Below, in pieces: positions 1 through 9,365 of a DNA stretch of 64,000 nt; position 1 is the stretch's first letter; each line of letters opens with the position of its first letter. The stretch is taken from the NCBI GenBank assembly GCA_964540865.1, contig CAZION010000011.1, positions 609 through 64,608 on the forward strand, written 5' to 3'. This DNA comes from an uncultured Victivallis sp. Its GTDB lineage: Bacteria > Verrucomicrobiota > Lentisphaeria > Victivallales > GWF2-50-93. The notes under the pieces were generated by a model. That model was not told the DNA's origin. It ran no database searches and saw only the letters and a program-made list of their open reading frames with translations. The position numbers were made by a program, and so were the translations under genes.

Positions 1-3000
1 TTGACATCGGCATTCAACTCGGCATCGTTTGCCGACATATTTGATGCGTTCTGGAAATACTCCACAGCCTCTTTTTTCTTGCCGGATGCGGCAAGCTTGT
101 TTGCCTGTGTAAGCAGTACTTTCGCATTCTTCCTGTTTTCATCGCTGTACATCTTATAGCCGCGGTCGTAGTCTTCTAGATTGACCGATGCCACCGATGC
201 CATTGTACGGTCAAAATAATCAAGAGTCCCCTTGTATCCTGAATACTTGAAGTCTGGAGGCAGATATAGATTCCAGCTTATGTTGTTGAGTGGAATATTG
301 AATGCCGGCCCGTTATAAATCTGCCAGCGTGGTGTCCAGGATTTGTCCGCCTGAAGAGAATAGATTATTTCAACGTTCTGATTGCGCCCTCCAACGGAAA
401 GACCCTGCCGGAGCGGAATCAGCATGTTGCCTTTTTCCTTAGCAACGTCAACTGCCTGTCCGTCAATAAGGACAGACCACATGCTGCTTCCTTCCGGCAA
501 CTTCATCTCCAGGAAATTCTCATTCCCGTTGTTCAGGGCGATTAGCACGCTCGTTATGACTCTTCCTTCTGGGGACACCACGGAACTGATGTTGACTTCC
601 CTTACCTGGGCCTTGAGCTGCTCGGCGGCCTTGTGCCTTACAACATCAAGCATCAGGGAATAATCATTGCCGACCGTCCTGAAACACATCACTGCGTTTG
701 AGAGATAATCAACCTTGAAGTTGGATGGTATTTTCCTAACATCAAATTCAGATATCTCTCCTGCCCTTCCGGCAAGCTTCACCTGGAGTGAATCCTCGGA
801 GAGGACAGAGAGATACCCCTTTTGCAGTTCTGTGCCTTCTGTCATTACTGACGCAATCTTCACCTGCGTATTTCTTTCATAAGGTTGGCGGTAGTGCGCC
901 TGCAGCCTGTATTTCCCGTTCACCTTCTGATGAAGTTCTATCTCCCATAGGTTTTTACCGAGGTTCTGCGTGCCGGCAATATTTTCACCTGTGAATTCAG
1001 GAGTCTCCGCATTTTCCGGAAGCCTCACCTTGAAGAATTTCACCCCGGCGTTTTCGATTGTGTAATGGAAATGGACGTCGTACTCGACAACGCCCTCTGT
1101 GACTTTTCCGATCTGCAGGATTTCCGCCTGCACCCATGGGGAAATCACGTCAAACCCGACCTTGAGCTCCCAGTCGGCCCTTACAATCGAGAACCTATGC
1201 GCGCTTTTGTCCCTGGCCTGTGCGAATCCCTCGGTTTTGATTTCCAATCCCTGCCTCGAGACAATGTCCATCCTTGTCCCGCGCTCTACAGTTATTTCAA
1301 GATCACCTTTATGTTTCTGGGCGCCGATAACCGTCACCTTAGGTATCGTCATTGTTCTCTCGCGTTTCCTGTCGAGCATGCTCAACTCGATGTGGATATC
1401 GGTTGAACCGCTGATGCTCTTGTCGAAATGCACGAGGAGCCTGTGGACATTCTTTTCATAAACCTCATCCCAGTGCTGGACGTTCTTGCCTGTGACCTTG
1501 TCAATGTCGAAATTGTTTGGAATATCAATGGACACGGAGAAAATTCCGGCTTTCGCTATTTCAATATTGAGATCGGACGTGAGAATAGTCCGTTCTTCCT
1601 CAAATGAAACTTGGCTGTTTTCCCTTATCCGAAGCTCGGGTTCGACCGCGCTTGCCTTAACGGTAATGGAGGCCGGAGGTCTATTGTATCGGAAGGCCTT
1701 CTTCAAACTCGCTCCGGCATCTGCGGATTTCGCAGTGAAATCATTCAGGTTTATACTGTTGAACCCGTCGAGTTTGTCATCAACCAATACTTGTACATTG
1801 GAGTCGGCGCTTACGCCAACTGTTCCGTACTGCTTGTCGGAATCCATCACCGACAAGGTGCCGATTATCGCCTCATATGGAAGGTTGCAGTTAGCAATCT
1901 GTGTGACGACGGTTACTGTGAAATTCCCGTGGTGCGGTTGTGAAAGGAAGATTTCGAGCATATGGCTTTCCTCAGTGAACCGCCAGGCTCCGAGATCGGG
2001 GGCGTTAACCGATGTGACCCGCATGTTTTTCGGAACTTCAATTGCGAATTTCGCAGTCTCCCCCTGCGCGACCTGGAAGTTCAGGAGATATTTTGTCTCT
2101 ACGAAACCGCTTGCGAATTTCGCAAGGGCGTCAATGCTCGTGAAGAACACGGTTTTCTCCTTTTCAACTTTCCTCCCTTGCGGCTGCAGGAGAAACACGG
2201 CCTTCGACCCGGGAACGAAATTCGCTTCGGCGCTGCAGAGATTGTTTACAAATGATGACTTGAAGAAAACGGCATCGTCCGATTTGATGTCGATGTTTTC
2301 CCTGTTCATCTTTACCGAAACGGAATTCTTTTTGCAGGCAGGTATGTTGAGGGGGAAATTGTAACTGCCGTTTCTTTCCTCGCTTATGGGAAGAAGGAAG
2401 CTGAGCTCGAATTCGTATGAGCCCGAGCTTTTGGCCTTCAGCATGTAGTTGTTTCCGCCTCTTGTGATTTCAATGCCTGGGATCTGCGGGATCGCTCCGG
2501 TGAGGACGGCTGGAGCCGGAAGCAGGGTCATGATGCCTTCGTCTTCAACTTTTATCATGTAGCGGGCTGTTCCGGTGACTGCCTTGTCATTGTCGGTTAT
2601 TGTCGCGGAAATATTGAAATGCACCTCTTCAATGGAGACTCCGGAAACCGGGGCGCTGTTGGAAAGCGGTACGAAAATGATGAATGCGATGAATGCGGCA
2701 GCAATCGTCCTGCATCTTTTAAAAATTACGCGCCATAGGCTGACCGACAGGATGACCGGGACAAGGGCTGCGAACAAAAACGCGGCTATGGCATTCAGGT
2801 ATAGCCATTGTGAAAGTGCGTATGTCAGGAATACCAGGCCGAGCGATAGCAGCAGCGGCGATTTTATTTTTCCTGATGAAAGCCCGCCTATGGAGAGGAA
2901 GGCCAAGCCGATAAATCCAGTGAAAACCGCGAACCCTAGTTTCAAGAATGAAAAGGACTTCATGTCCGACATGTAAACTTCAATTTTAGGAGTGTCCTGC

Positions 3001-5954
3001 GGAAGGCTGAACATCCGTGTGAATTCACAGGTGTTGACGGGCTCCGGCATGAATTCAGAGCTGACTTTATGAAGCTGCCGTTCAATGACTGCGCAGGCAA
3101 AAAGGAGGGCTAATCCGATAAAGATGACAGACACTGAGGTTGTGAGGATTTTGAGTTTTCCGCTGGACCAGCTCCATGCCAGGCATGCGCCTAATGCGGT
3201 AATTGCAACCCATGGTATGAATAGCATGGGGTTCAGGAAGCGGTGCATCCATGCCGAAAATCTTGTCAGGATTCCGGAAAGGCCGATCCTCTGCGGATTA
3301 TGCAGCGGTGTCATATTTCCGCCGTATTCGGTTAGGTTGTAGTTGTCCGGGACTTGCACTATCCAGCGTGAAAACATTGTTTCGAGGTTGAGTACCGGAG
3401 CGGAAAGCTTTAGATCGGCTGATTTCCCGAGTTCCCCGTTTTTCTGGGCGTAACTTATTTCAACTTTGATCGGATCGTCGGTGTTCTGGTTGCGGGGCAG
3501 GGGAATCAGATATTTGCCGTTGCCCGAAGATGAGACTCGTTTTTTATCGTCGTTTACTTTGACTGTCCAGAGTTCGGATTTTTCCGGAAGCTCCATCGAC
3601 AGAAACTGCAGGGATGAATTCTTGATCCGGTATTCTGCGGTTGTGACCGCTTGGCCGTTGCGGTCGATTCTTGTCGTGTATTTCGCATGATCCCCAGCGA
3701 TGTTTATCATCTGCTGCGAGGAATATCCTGAAATATCAAGGTCAATCCAGTGTGGGGTGCCAGCGAAGCGGTAGGCTTTCAATATCGGGTTCTGCAGGAA
3801 TCCCTTGTATTCGTCAGGGATTTCAGAGGCTTCGATTTCAATCACGTTGTCGGCATTTCTGAGCGATGATACTTTCAGGTTGCGGACGCTTGTCAGCGCG
3901 ATGAATCCGCTTTCCGCTCCTGCGCCTGAAGTGTTGAGATCTCCCATCCTGTATTTTGTGTCTGATCCAGAAAGGGGCGTTTCATAAGTTGCGAGAAGCG
4001 TGTAGTCACCGAAGATTTTCTCCCTGAAATTCACCTGCCATGTCTGGAATTCAGGTTTGTCGTCAAGCATCTTCCAGTCAATTATGTTTCCGCCTGTGAA
4101 CTCGAGGTTTTTGAGGAGCGGATTGACTTTCATCTGGATTTTGTCGACCGGTGCGCCGGAGACATGATAGGTGAAAATGGAACTTCCGTAAAGTGTGCCT
4201 TCACCGACGGAGCCGACGTGGAAGACCTCGGAGACAATGTTTACCTGCTCATGCACCACGCTGACCTTTCCATCCCAGTCCTGGTCTTTGAAGCGGAATG
4301 CATGTTGAAGTCCTGGTTCCCTGAGGGGCGCGGAACCCGTGTGTATCCTGCGGAGATTTTTAAGGTCTTCAATGGAAAGGGAGAGACCCCTGTTTGCCGA
4401 GAGCATTATATATCCTCTGACGCTCTTGGCTTTGTCAATGAAGAAGGCCGGGATCTTGGTTGACGCCTCTTTTTTCATGCTTTTCTCAAAGTTTATAAAA
4501 AGATCCGCTTTGCCGATGGTGTCGGGAGAGAAGGGAATCTTCAGCCATTTCTGCCCGTCTTTTTCAAAGAGCTCATAATCATCCGCAATGGCGGCCCTTC
4601 CTTCAACCCTGTTGACAGTCATGTCGTTGGAATACCTTATGAGGAGTTCGCGTAGAGGTGCGTCTTTGATGTCAAGGCTGAGGATTGCCCTGACGAGAAG
4701 GTCTTCATCCTTGAATGTCAGGACATAATTCAGGTCTACTGTATAGCTGGGCATTATATTGTCGGCGCTTGTATCAAGGGAATATTTCTCTCCGGAGAAT
4801 TTATAGGTGAAAAGGCTGCGCTTCGGAAGCTCCTTTGTCTTTTTACGCATTTCGGAGACGGATGGGAAGGCGCTGTTGTCAATCTGGTTGAGCCCCGATG
4901 TCTTTTCGACAATCAGTTTGATTGCACCGTTGGTGCCGAATGCGAGATAGCCGTCTATCCTCAGGGTTTTCTGCGGGATTGCCGACGGCAGTGAAAATTT
5001 GCTTGGAAAGTCGGGGAGTACTTTTTCAGCTTCAATTGCAACGCTGTATGAATCCTCGTACTGGCGGCTCAGAATTACAAGCAGGGTGTTTCCCGAATCA
5101 TTGTCCCCTACGACTTTCCAATCCTGTATGTTTTCACCGGTGACGCTCAACACATTGAGCCCTGCGCTGATTTTGATTTCAAGATTTGAAAGTTTCCCCT
5201 GTATGACTGTGTAATTGAAGAGGGAATTGAGTTTAACTGTGCCGGGATAGACATCGGCGATTGTGATTGCCTGAACGCTTGTGACAAGATTTGCGGATAT
5301 TTTCTCAACTTGGCTGTGCCAGTTAATGGTCAGATCGCCTTCTGGAGGAAGAACCGCCGAGAATACTGCGCCTCCAGCCCCGACATCTCTCTTCTCGACA
5401 TTCAACGCGCCTGGGATTTCCAGTTCGACGTCCTTCTTTTTGCTGCTTATCTGAATTGAACGGGCAATTGCCGGAAGCAGCCCGAAACTGCATGACTTTA
5501 TTTTCTTTCTTTCTTCAGGATGGAGAACCTGGGGTTGCTGGACATTTTTATTTTTCAGTGTTCCGATTCCAAGGTCTTCGACTTTGGCGGCGAACGAGAA
5601 TTTCACACTGCATTTTCCGGGTTTTACGCACTCAAGAACATATGAGCCGTCTTTGAAAATGATTTTAAAGTCGCCTTTACCGAGCCAGAGGAATCCACTG
5701 CCTTTAGTTTTCAGTTCGGAAGAGATCTCCGTGATTTTACCGCTGATGAGCTTCAGTGTTCCGGGTTCATCGGCGTTTGCAGTAAAGGAGAGGGTGAAAC
5801 TTATGTTCTCCTCGTCAATTATCTCGCCTTCAACTTTGACACTGTCAACGGTGAATGCTTTTTCCTGCGGCGGCGGAGGGGCTTCCTGGGCGTTGATGAG
5901 ATTACAGTTTAAAAATAAAAGTACGACCCCGGCGATTGCTGACAATGTTTTCAT
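1..5954 (-). CDS. Very large secreted/membrane protein; 3' end lies beyond the window (at least 1984 codons in window)
   Basis: ATG at 5954 is preceded by AAGGAGG (5959-5965, minus sense). Hand translation gives MKTLSAIAGVVLLFLNCNLINAQEAPPPP, a signal peptide. No minus-strand ORF with an in-window stop is listed between 1 and 6204, so this frame must stay open to the window edge; the listed plus-strand ORFs at 382-5976 are antisense shadows. Hand translation of 2700-3300 gives a cluster of hydrophobic helices (RFLNPMLFIPWVAITALGACLAW.., LGFAVFTGFIGLAFLSIGGL..). The last residues in the window (..VLLTQANKLAASGKKKEAVEYFQNASNMS..) look like a helical repeat. Confidence 0.75.
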   Translation of the reverse strand, partial: MKTLSAIAGVVLLFLNCNLINAQEAPPPPQEKAFTVDSVKVEGEIIDEENISFTLSFTANADEPGTLKLISGKITEISSELKTKGSGFLWLGKGDFKIIFKDGSYVLECVKPGKCSVKFSFAAKVEDLGIGTLKNKNVQQPQVLHPEERKKIKSCSFGLLPAIARSIQISSKKKDVELEIPGALNVEKRDVGAGGAVFSAVLPPEGDLTINWHSQVEKISANLVTSVQAITIADVYPGTVKLNSLFNYTVIQGKLSNLEIKISAGLNVLSVTGENIQDWKVVGDNDSGNTLLVILSRQYEDSYSVAIEAEKVLPDFPSKFSLPSAIPQKTLRIDGYLAFGTNGAIKLIVEKTSGLNQIDNSAFPSVSEMRKKTKELPKRSLFTYKFSGEKYSLDTSADNIMPSYTVDLNYVLTFKDEDLLVRAILSLDIKDAPLRELLIRYSNDMTVNRVEGRAAIADDYELFEKDGQKWLKIPFSPDTIGKADLFINFEKSMKKEASTKIPAFFIDKAKSVRGYIMLSANRGLSLSIEDLKNLRRIHTGSAPLREPGLQHAFRFKDQDWDGKVSVVHEQVNIVSEVFHVGSVGEGTLYGSSIFTYHVSGAPVDKIQMKVNPLLKNLEFTGGNIIDWKMLDDKPEFQTWQVNFREKIFGDYTLLATYETPLSGSDTKYRMGDLNTSGAGAESGFIALTSVRNLKVSSLRNADNVIEIEASEIPDEYKGFLQNPILKAYRFAGTPHWIDLDISGYSSQQMINIAGDHAKYTTRIDRNGQAVTTAEYRIKNSSLQFLSMELPEKSELWTVKVNDDKKRVSSSGNGKYLIPLPRNQNTDDPIKVEISYAQKNGELGKSADLKLSAPVLNLETMFSRWIVQVPDNYNLTEYGGNMTPLHNPQRIGLSGILTRFSAWMHRFLNPMLFIPWVAITALGACLAWSWSSGKLKILTTSVSVIFIGLALLFACAVIERQLHKVSSEFMPEPVNTCEFTRMFSLPQDTPKIEVYMSDMKSFSFLKLGFAVFTGFIGLAFLSIGGLSSGKIKSPLLLSLGLVFLTYALSQWLYLNAIAAFLFAALVPVILSVSLWRVIFKRCRTIAAAFIAFIIFVPLSNSAPVSGVSIEEVHFNISATITDNDKAVTGTARYMIKVEDEGIMTLLPAPAVLTGAIPQIPGIEITRGGNNYMLKAKSSGSYEFELSFLLPISEERNGSYNFPLNIPACKKNSVSVKMNRENIDIKSDDAVFFKSSFVNNLCSAEANFVPGSKAVFLLQPQGRKVEKEKTVFFTSIDALAKFASGFVETKYLLNFQVAQGETAKFAIEVPKNMRVTSVNAPDLGAWRFTEESHMLEIFLSQPHHGNFTVTVVTQIANCNLPYEAIIGTLSVMDSDKQYGTVGVSADSNVQVLVDDKLDGFNSINLNDFTAKSADAGASLKKAFRYNRPPASITVKASAVEPELRIRENSQVSFEEERTILTSDLNIEIAKAGIFSVSIDIPNNFDIDKVTGKNVQHWDEVYEKNVHRLLVHFDKSISGSTDIHIELSMLDRKRERTMTIPKVTVIGAQKHKGDLEITVERGTRMDIVSRQGLEIKTEGFAQARDKSAHRFSIVRADWELKVGFDVISPWVQAEILQIGKVTEGVVEYDVHFHYTIENAGVKFFKVRLPENAETPEFTGENIAGTQNLGKNLWEIELHQKVNGKYRLQAHYRQPYERNTQVKIASVMTEGTELQKGYLSVLSEDSLQVKLAGRAGEISEFDVRKIPSNFKVDYLSNAVMCFRTVGNDYSLMLDVVRHKAAEQLKAQVREVNISSVVSPEGRVITSVLIALNNGNENFLEMKLPEGSSMWSVLIDGQAVDVAKEKGNMLIPLRQGLSVGGRNQNVEIIYSLQADKSWTPRWQIYNGPAFNIPLNNISWNLYLPPDFKYSGYKGTLDYFDRTMASVASVNLEDYDRGYKMYSDENRKNAKVLLTQANKLAASGKKKEAVEYFQNASNMSANDAELNADV

Positions 5955-6000
5955 AAAGCCTCCTTTAAGATTGTAATGAATTCCAGATCTTAATATGTTT

Positions 6001-6151
6001 GTAGTAGGCGTATTTATACGCCGTTCTTATAAGTAAAGCGGATTTTTCAGACCGTCTAAATGATCGGGCTGGAAAGCCCGATTTACTAAGAACACGCAAT
6101 AAATTGCGCTACTACCAGCAATATAAGACAAGCTAAAGCTTGAACTCCAAC
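6001..6151. repeat. Composite REP/REPIN-like intergenic element: two inverted GTAG-hairpin units, a central hairpin and a CTAAAGCTTGAACTCCAAC tail
   Basis: GTAGTAGGCGTATTTATACGCC at 6001-6022 (+) faces GTAGTAGCGCAATTTATTGCGTG at 6115-6093 (-). An ATCGGGCTggaaAGCCCGAT hairpin sits at 6063-6082. AAGACAAGCTAAAGCTTGAACTCCAAC at 6125-6151 recurs at 14117-14144 and twice (inverted) at 32037-32107. Confidence 0.7.
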
Positions 6152-6178
6152 ATAAAAAAACATTATACTATCAAGTTT

Positions 6179-6205
6179 TTCGTGTAATTCGTGTGTTTCG
6201 TGGTT
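6179..6205. repeat. Three tandem 9-mers (TTCGTGTAA TTCGTGTGT TTCGTGGTT) abutting the stop codon of the vWA gene
   Basis: Direct reading of 6179-6205. The last base is the first base of the TCA (TGA on the minus strand) stop at 6205-6207. Confidence 0.6.
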
Positions 6206-9108
6206 CACTTCACGTTCTTAACTAATCCATACAGCTCAGCGACCTTCCCGTCGTTCCTGTAATCCTCGCCAATCACTCCCTGGATCTGCCTCATAATGTT
6301 TTCGGGATTGGCGATTCCGGGAACATCGGGGTAACGCAGGAATTCTGCGAATTCCGCAACCGCCGCCGCAAGCCGGAACCCGCAAGAAGCCTTGTCGAAA
6401 TTGAATTTCAATTCATGATAGGCCAGCGGGAATTCCCTTTCCTCTATGTCCATGTTGTCAGCCCTTCTGTAACGCAGTCTTACGATACAGATCGAGTAAT
6501 TGATGGGATTGTCAATGGCCGTGTCACCGTTCTTGGCGGGAAAAGCCTTGTTGAGTTTCATTTCATAGAGGGCGGTTACGGACTGTCCTGCTCCGACCTC
6601 GCCGGCATCTACCTTGTCATTGCGGAAATCGGCTTTGCTAAGCTGGCGGTTCTGATAGCCGACTTGGCGGTACTGGCTGACAATCATCGGATTGAACTCG
6701 ACTTGAATCTTCACGTCCCGTGCAATTTCACGGAAGCGTCCGGCGAATTCGTTAACAAAGAGCTCCCTGGCTCCTTCCTCGTTTTCAATGTAGACGTAAT
6801 TCCCGTCGCCTTTGTTTGCGATGGTCTCGAGAAATTTATCATCCCCGTCGCCTCCCAGGGCGATTACGGTATTTGTGATTCCCATGTTTCTGGCGGAACT
6901 CACTTTTGTGAGAATCTTTTCTGCCGAATGCGTGCCTATGTTCGAAATTCCGTCCGTCAGGAGAATGACGCGGTTGTATGCGCCGGACACATAATGTTTA
7001 AGCGCAGAATCATAGGCTGTCACTAGCCCGTTTTCGATGTCGGCGACACCGGCAGGCATAATACCTTCAACCAGTTTGATTATGGTTCTTTTTTCCTTGA
7101 CTGGAAGATAGTTTACGATATTTATGGTGCGGTGGGTGCATGCGAAGACTGCGACCGTGTCGTCTGGCTTCATCTGATCGAATAGAAGGGGCAGAGTTTT
7201 TTTCACAAGATCCATCCTGCTTTCACGCGCCATTGAACCGCTTGAGTCAATCACGATTGTGAAAACGGATGGGCGGCTCCCGTCAGGTCCGAGTTCGCGG
7301 GCTTTCACGCCGACACGGAGGGTGTAGTTTTCCGGCCGGAATACTGAAGGCGCGGATTCAAGGTACACTGAGAAAGTCGAGTTTGATGGAGAACGATAAT
7401 GATAATCGAAATAGTTAATGAACTCCTCAGGCCTTATCGAAATTGAATCCGGTTTCTGTCCGTTCCGCAGAAGTTTCCTTGCCATAGTATAGGATGCCGT
7501 GTCTACATCAATCGAGAATGTGGAAAAAGGTTTCTGTTTTGTAGGAACAAAGGGAAGCCCGTTTTTCATTTCCTTCAGTGAATCCTCGGATTTGCGAAGT
7601 TCGCTGAAAAGTTCATCGGCTTTTTCCAGATTCTCTTTCGTGCTCTTGATTGTAATTGTATTTGTGTCCTTGTTAATTGAAATCTCCGCTGAATCTGCGA
7701 AGTTCGCACCTTTTCTTTTCAGGAATTCGCGGGCAGTCTTCTCATCGGTCAAATCCCAGAGTTTCAGGTTCAGGGAATAATTCCTTCCGATAAGGACTCC
7801 TCCCTTGTCTTCTTCCGCGCCAATGGCGACTTTTGACTTCTTTCCAATTTCTGCCATTTCGCGGTTGTCAGCTAGGTCATAGGCTAATTGTTCTTTTGCC
7901 TTTGCCGGGTCGGATACTATTTTCGAAACCGGGGCCTTTTCTGACTTTATATAATCCATTCCTGAAGCGTCCCGTTTTGAATCTTCTTCTTTCACCGATT
8001 TTCTTGCGAAAATTGGCATAAGAACTGCAGAAGCTTCAGATTTCGCTGCTTTTGCGGGCGCAGCTGTAACTGATGGAGCAGGATCTGCGGCTGGCGCAGC
8101 TGAAAAAGAGCCCGACCTTGCCATTGGAACAGGGATAGCCGGAGGCAGTGCGGGTTTCGCAGCGGCTGCCACTTCCGTATGCTTGTAATCGTCAGTAAGA
8201 TTTTTGTCAGCGGGTTTTTTATATTCCCATTTTGATTCGGCGATTATATGTCTTTCGTTTTTCTTTTCTCTTGCGACGGTTGGCGAAGGCCCTCCGATTG
8301 CTCCAACGAGACCTTGAGCATGGCCGTCGACAGTAAGTACATTCCCATTTTTCATTACTGATTTTTCTGGTATGCTGTCTTCATCGCTATCCTTATATTT
8401 GGCATCTTTGCCTGCGTCTCTGTCTTCAAGCAAATCAGATTCTTGATGTCTCCCTTTCTGCAGTTCCTCTCCCAATGCGACTTCGCTTTTTGACACGGCC
8501 GTGGCAAATCCGCGATTCCTAGTTATGCCGGATTCATCTGATGCAATTGCTTTTTCTTTCTGTGTTACGACCATACCGCTGGGAACTGGTATCGGATGCC
8601 AATCACCTGCAATGGTTCCATTCTTTTGTTCCTGCGGTGCATTGGAGCGATCTTCTTCACCCTCTGCGTCTGAGGATTTATCGTGCAAAGCCATTTTCAA
8701 TGCAACATCTTCTTGTAATCTGCTTTTAGCTGAAATTAGCCGTGCTTTCTCGCGTGATTGAGAGAGCGATGGGAGCATCAAACCTGCTAGAATAATCAGA
8801 ATGGTTATGCTTGCCGCAATTTCGAGCCAGATGAATTTCTTAGGTTTAGGTTTTGTTGATGATTTAGGCGGTTTTCCGGATTTTACGCTGTTAAACACTT
8901 TCTGGTACTGGTCTGGTTTAAGTGAATCATCAAAAAAATCTGCTTTGAGGGCGGATTCAGTCAGCGACCAGGCAGCCTTCAGTTCTTCGAATTCTTTTCT
9001 GCAGGATTCGCAGGCGGCGAGATGACTGTCCAGCACGGACTTCTCCTTTTCGGAGATTTCTCCGGCAAGGAGGTCGGTCATCATTATTGATATTTTTTCG
9101 CAGTTCAT
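6205..9108 (-). CDS. Membrane anti-sigma factor (zf-HC2) fused to a YfbK-like von Willebrand factor A protein
   Basis: The track ORF 6205-9123 begins at GTG. The ATG at 9108 gives MNCEKISIMMTDLLAGEIS.. with the HLAACESCRKEFEEL zf-HC2 signature. There is one TM helix (FIWLEIAASITILIILAGLMLPSL), then a low-complexity linker of about 400 aa. The C-terminal half has FSTFSIDVDTASYTMARKLL.., the MIDAS motif VIDSSGSM and a DUF3520-like tail. Confidence 0.85.
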   Translation of the reverse strand: MNCEKISIMMTDLLAGEISEKEKSVLDSHLAACESCRKEFEELKAAWSLTESALKADFFDDSLKPDQYQKVFNSVKSGKPPKSSTKPKPKKFIWLEIAASITILIILAGLMLPSLSQSREKARLISAKSRLQEDVALKMALHDKSSDAEGEEDRSNAPQEQKNGTIAGDWHPIPVPSGMVVTQKEKAIASDESGITRNRGFATAVSKSEVALGEELQKGRHQESDLLEDRDAGKDAKYKDSDEDSIPEKSVMKNGNVLTVDGHAQGLVGAIGGPSPTVAREKKNERHIIAESKWEYKKPADKNLTDDYKHTEVAAAAKPALPPAIPVPMARSGSFSAAPAADPAPSVTAAPAKAAKSEASAVLMPIFARKSVKEEDSKRDASGMDYIKSEKAPVSKIVSDPAKAKEQLAYDLADNREMAEIGKKSKVAIGAEEDKGGVLIGRNYSLNLKLWDLTDEKTAREFLKRKGANFADSAEISINKDTNTITIKSTKENLEKADELFSELRKSEDSLKEMKNGLPFVPTKQKPFSTFSIDVDTASYTMARKLLRNGQKPDSISIRPEEFINYFDYHYRSPSNSTFSVYLESAPSVFRPENYTLRVGVKARELGPDGSRPSVFTIVIDSSGSMARESRMDLVKKTLPLLFDQMKPDDTVAVFACTHRTINIVNYLPVKEKRTIIKLVEGIMPAGVADIENGLVTAYDSALKHYVSGAYNRVILLTDGISNIGTHSAEKILTKVSSARNMGITNTVIALGGDGDDKFLETIANKGDGNYVYIENEEGARELFVNEFAGRFREIARDVKIQVEFNPMIVSQYRQVGYQNRQLSKADFRNDKVDAGEVGAGQSVTALYEMKLNKAFPAKNGDTAIDNPINYSICIVRLRYRRADNMDIEEREFPLAYHELKFNFDKASCGFRLAAAVAEFAEFLRYPDVPGIANPENIMRQIQGVIGEDYRNDGKVAELYGLVKNVK

Positions 9109-9120
9109 AGTGATTCCTGG

Positions 9121-9365
9121 CACAGAGGCGCAAAGGCACTAAGGCACAAAGTGACGGAGGCAATATTAATTATAAGAACATGCCTTGCGGCACTAACTAC
9201 GAACAAATTCGAATTCAATTGGTTTGTAGTTAAGCCCGCAAGGGCTGTAGTATTTAACATGTTTTGATTTTTACTATTCATAATTTTAACCACTTAAGAC
9301 ACGGTAGGGATAGGTAATTCAAAAACTTTGTGCCTCTGTGCCTTTGCATCTTTGTGCCTTGGTGG
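9121..9365. repeat. Intergenic element bounded by inverted arrays of CACNNAGG 8-mers, with internal hairpins
   Basis: CACAGAGG CGCAAAGG CACTAAGG CACAAAG lies at 9121-9151. The reverse-complement-type array CTTTGTG CCTCTGTG CCTTTGC ATCTTTGTG CCTTGGTGG lies at 9327-9365. A GTAGTTAAGCCCgcaaGGGCTGTAG hairpin sits at 9226-9250. Confidence 0.65.

Noticed and set aside
382-5976. Many plus-strand ORFs of 60-290 aa listed in the track
   Set aside because: They overlap one another in several frames, have low-complexity Ser/Leu/Phe-rich translations and lie antisense to a single uninterrupted minus-strand frame. That minus-strand frame has a good RBS, an ATG and a signal peptide at 5954. The plus-strand ORFs are shadow ORFs.
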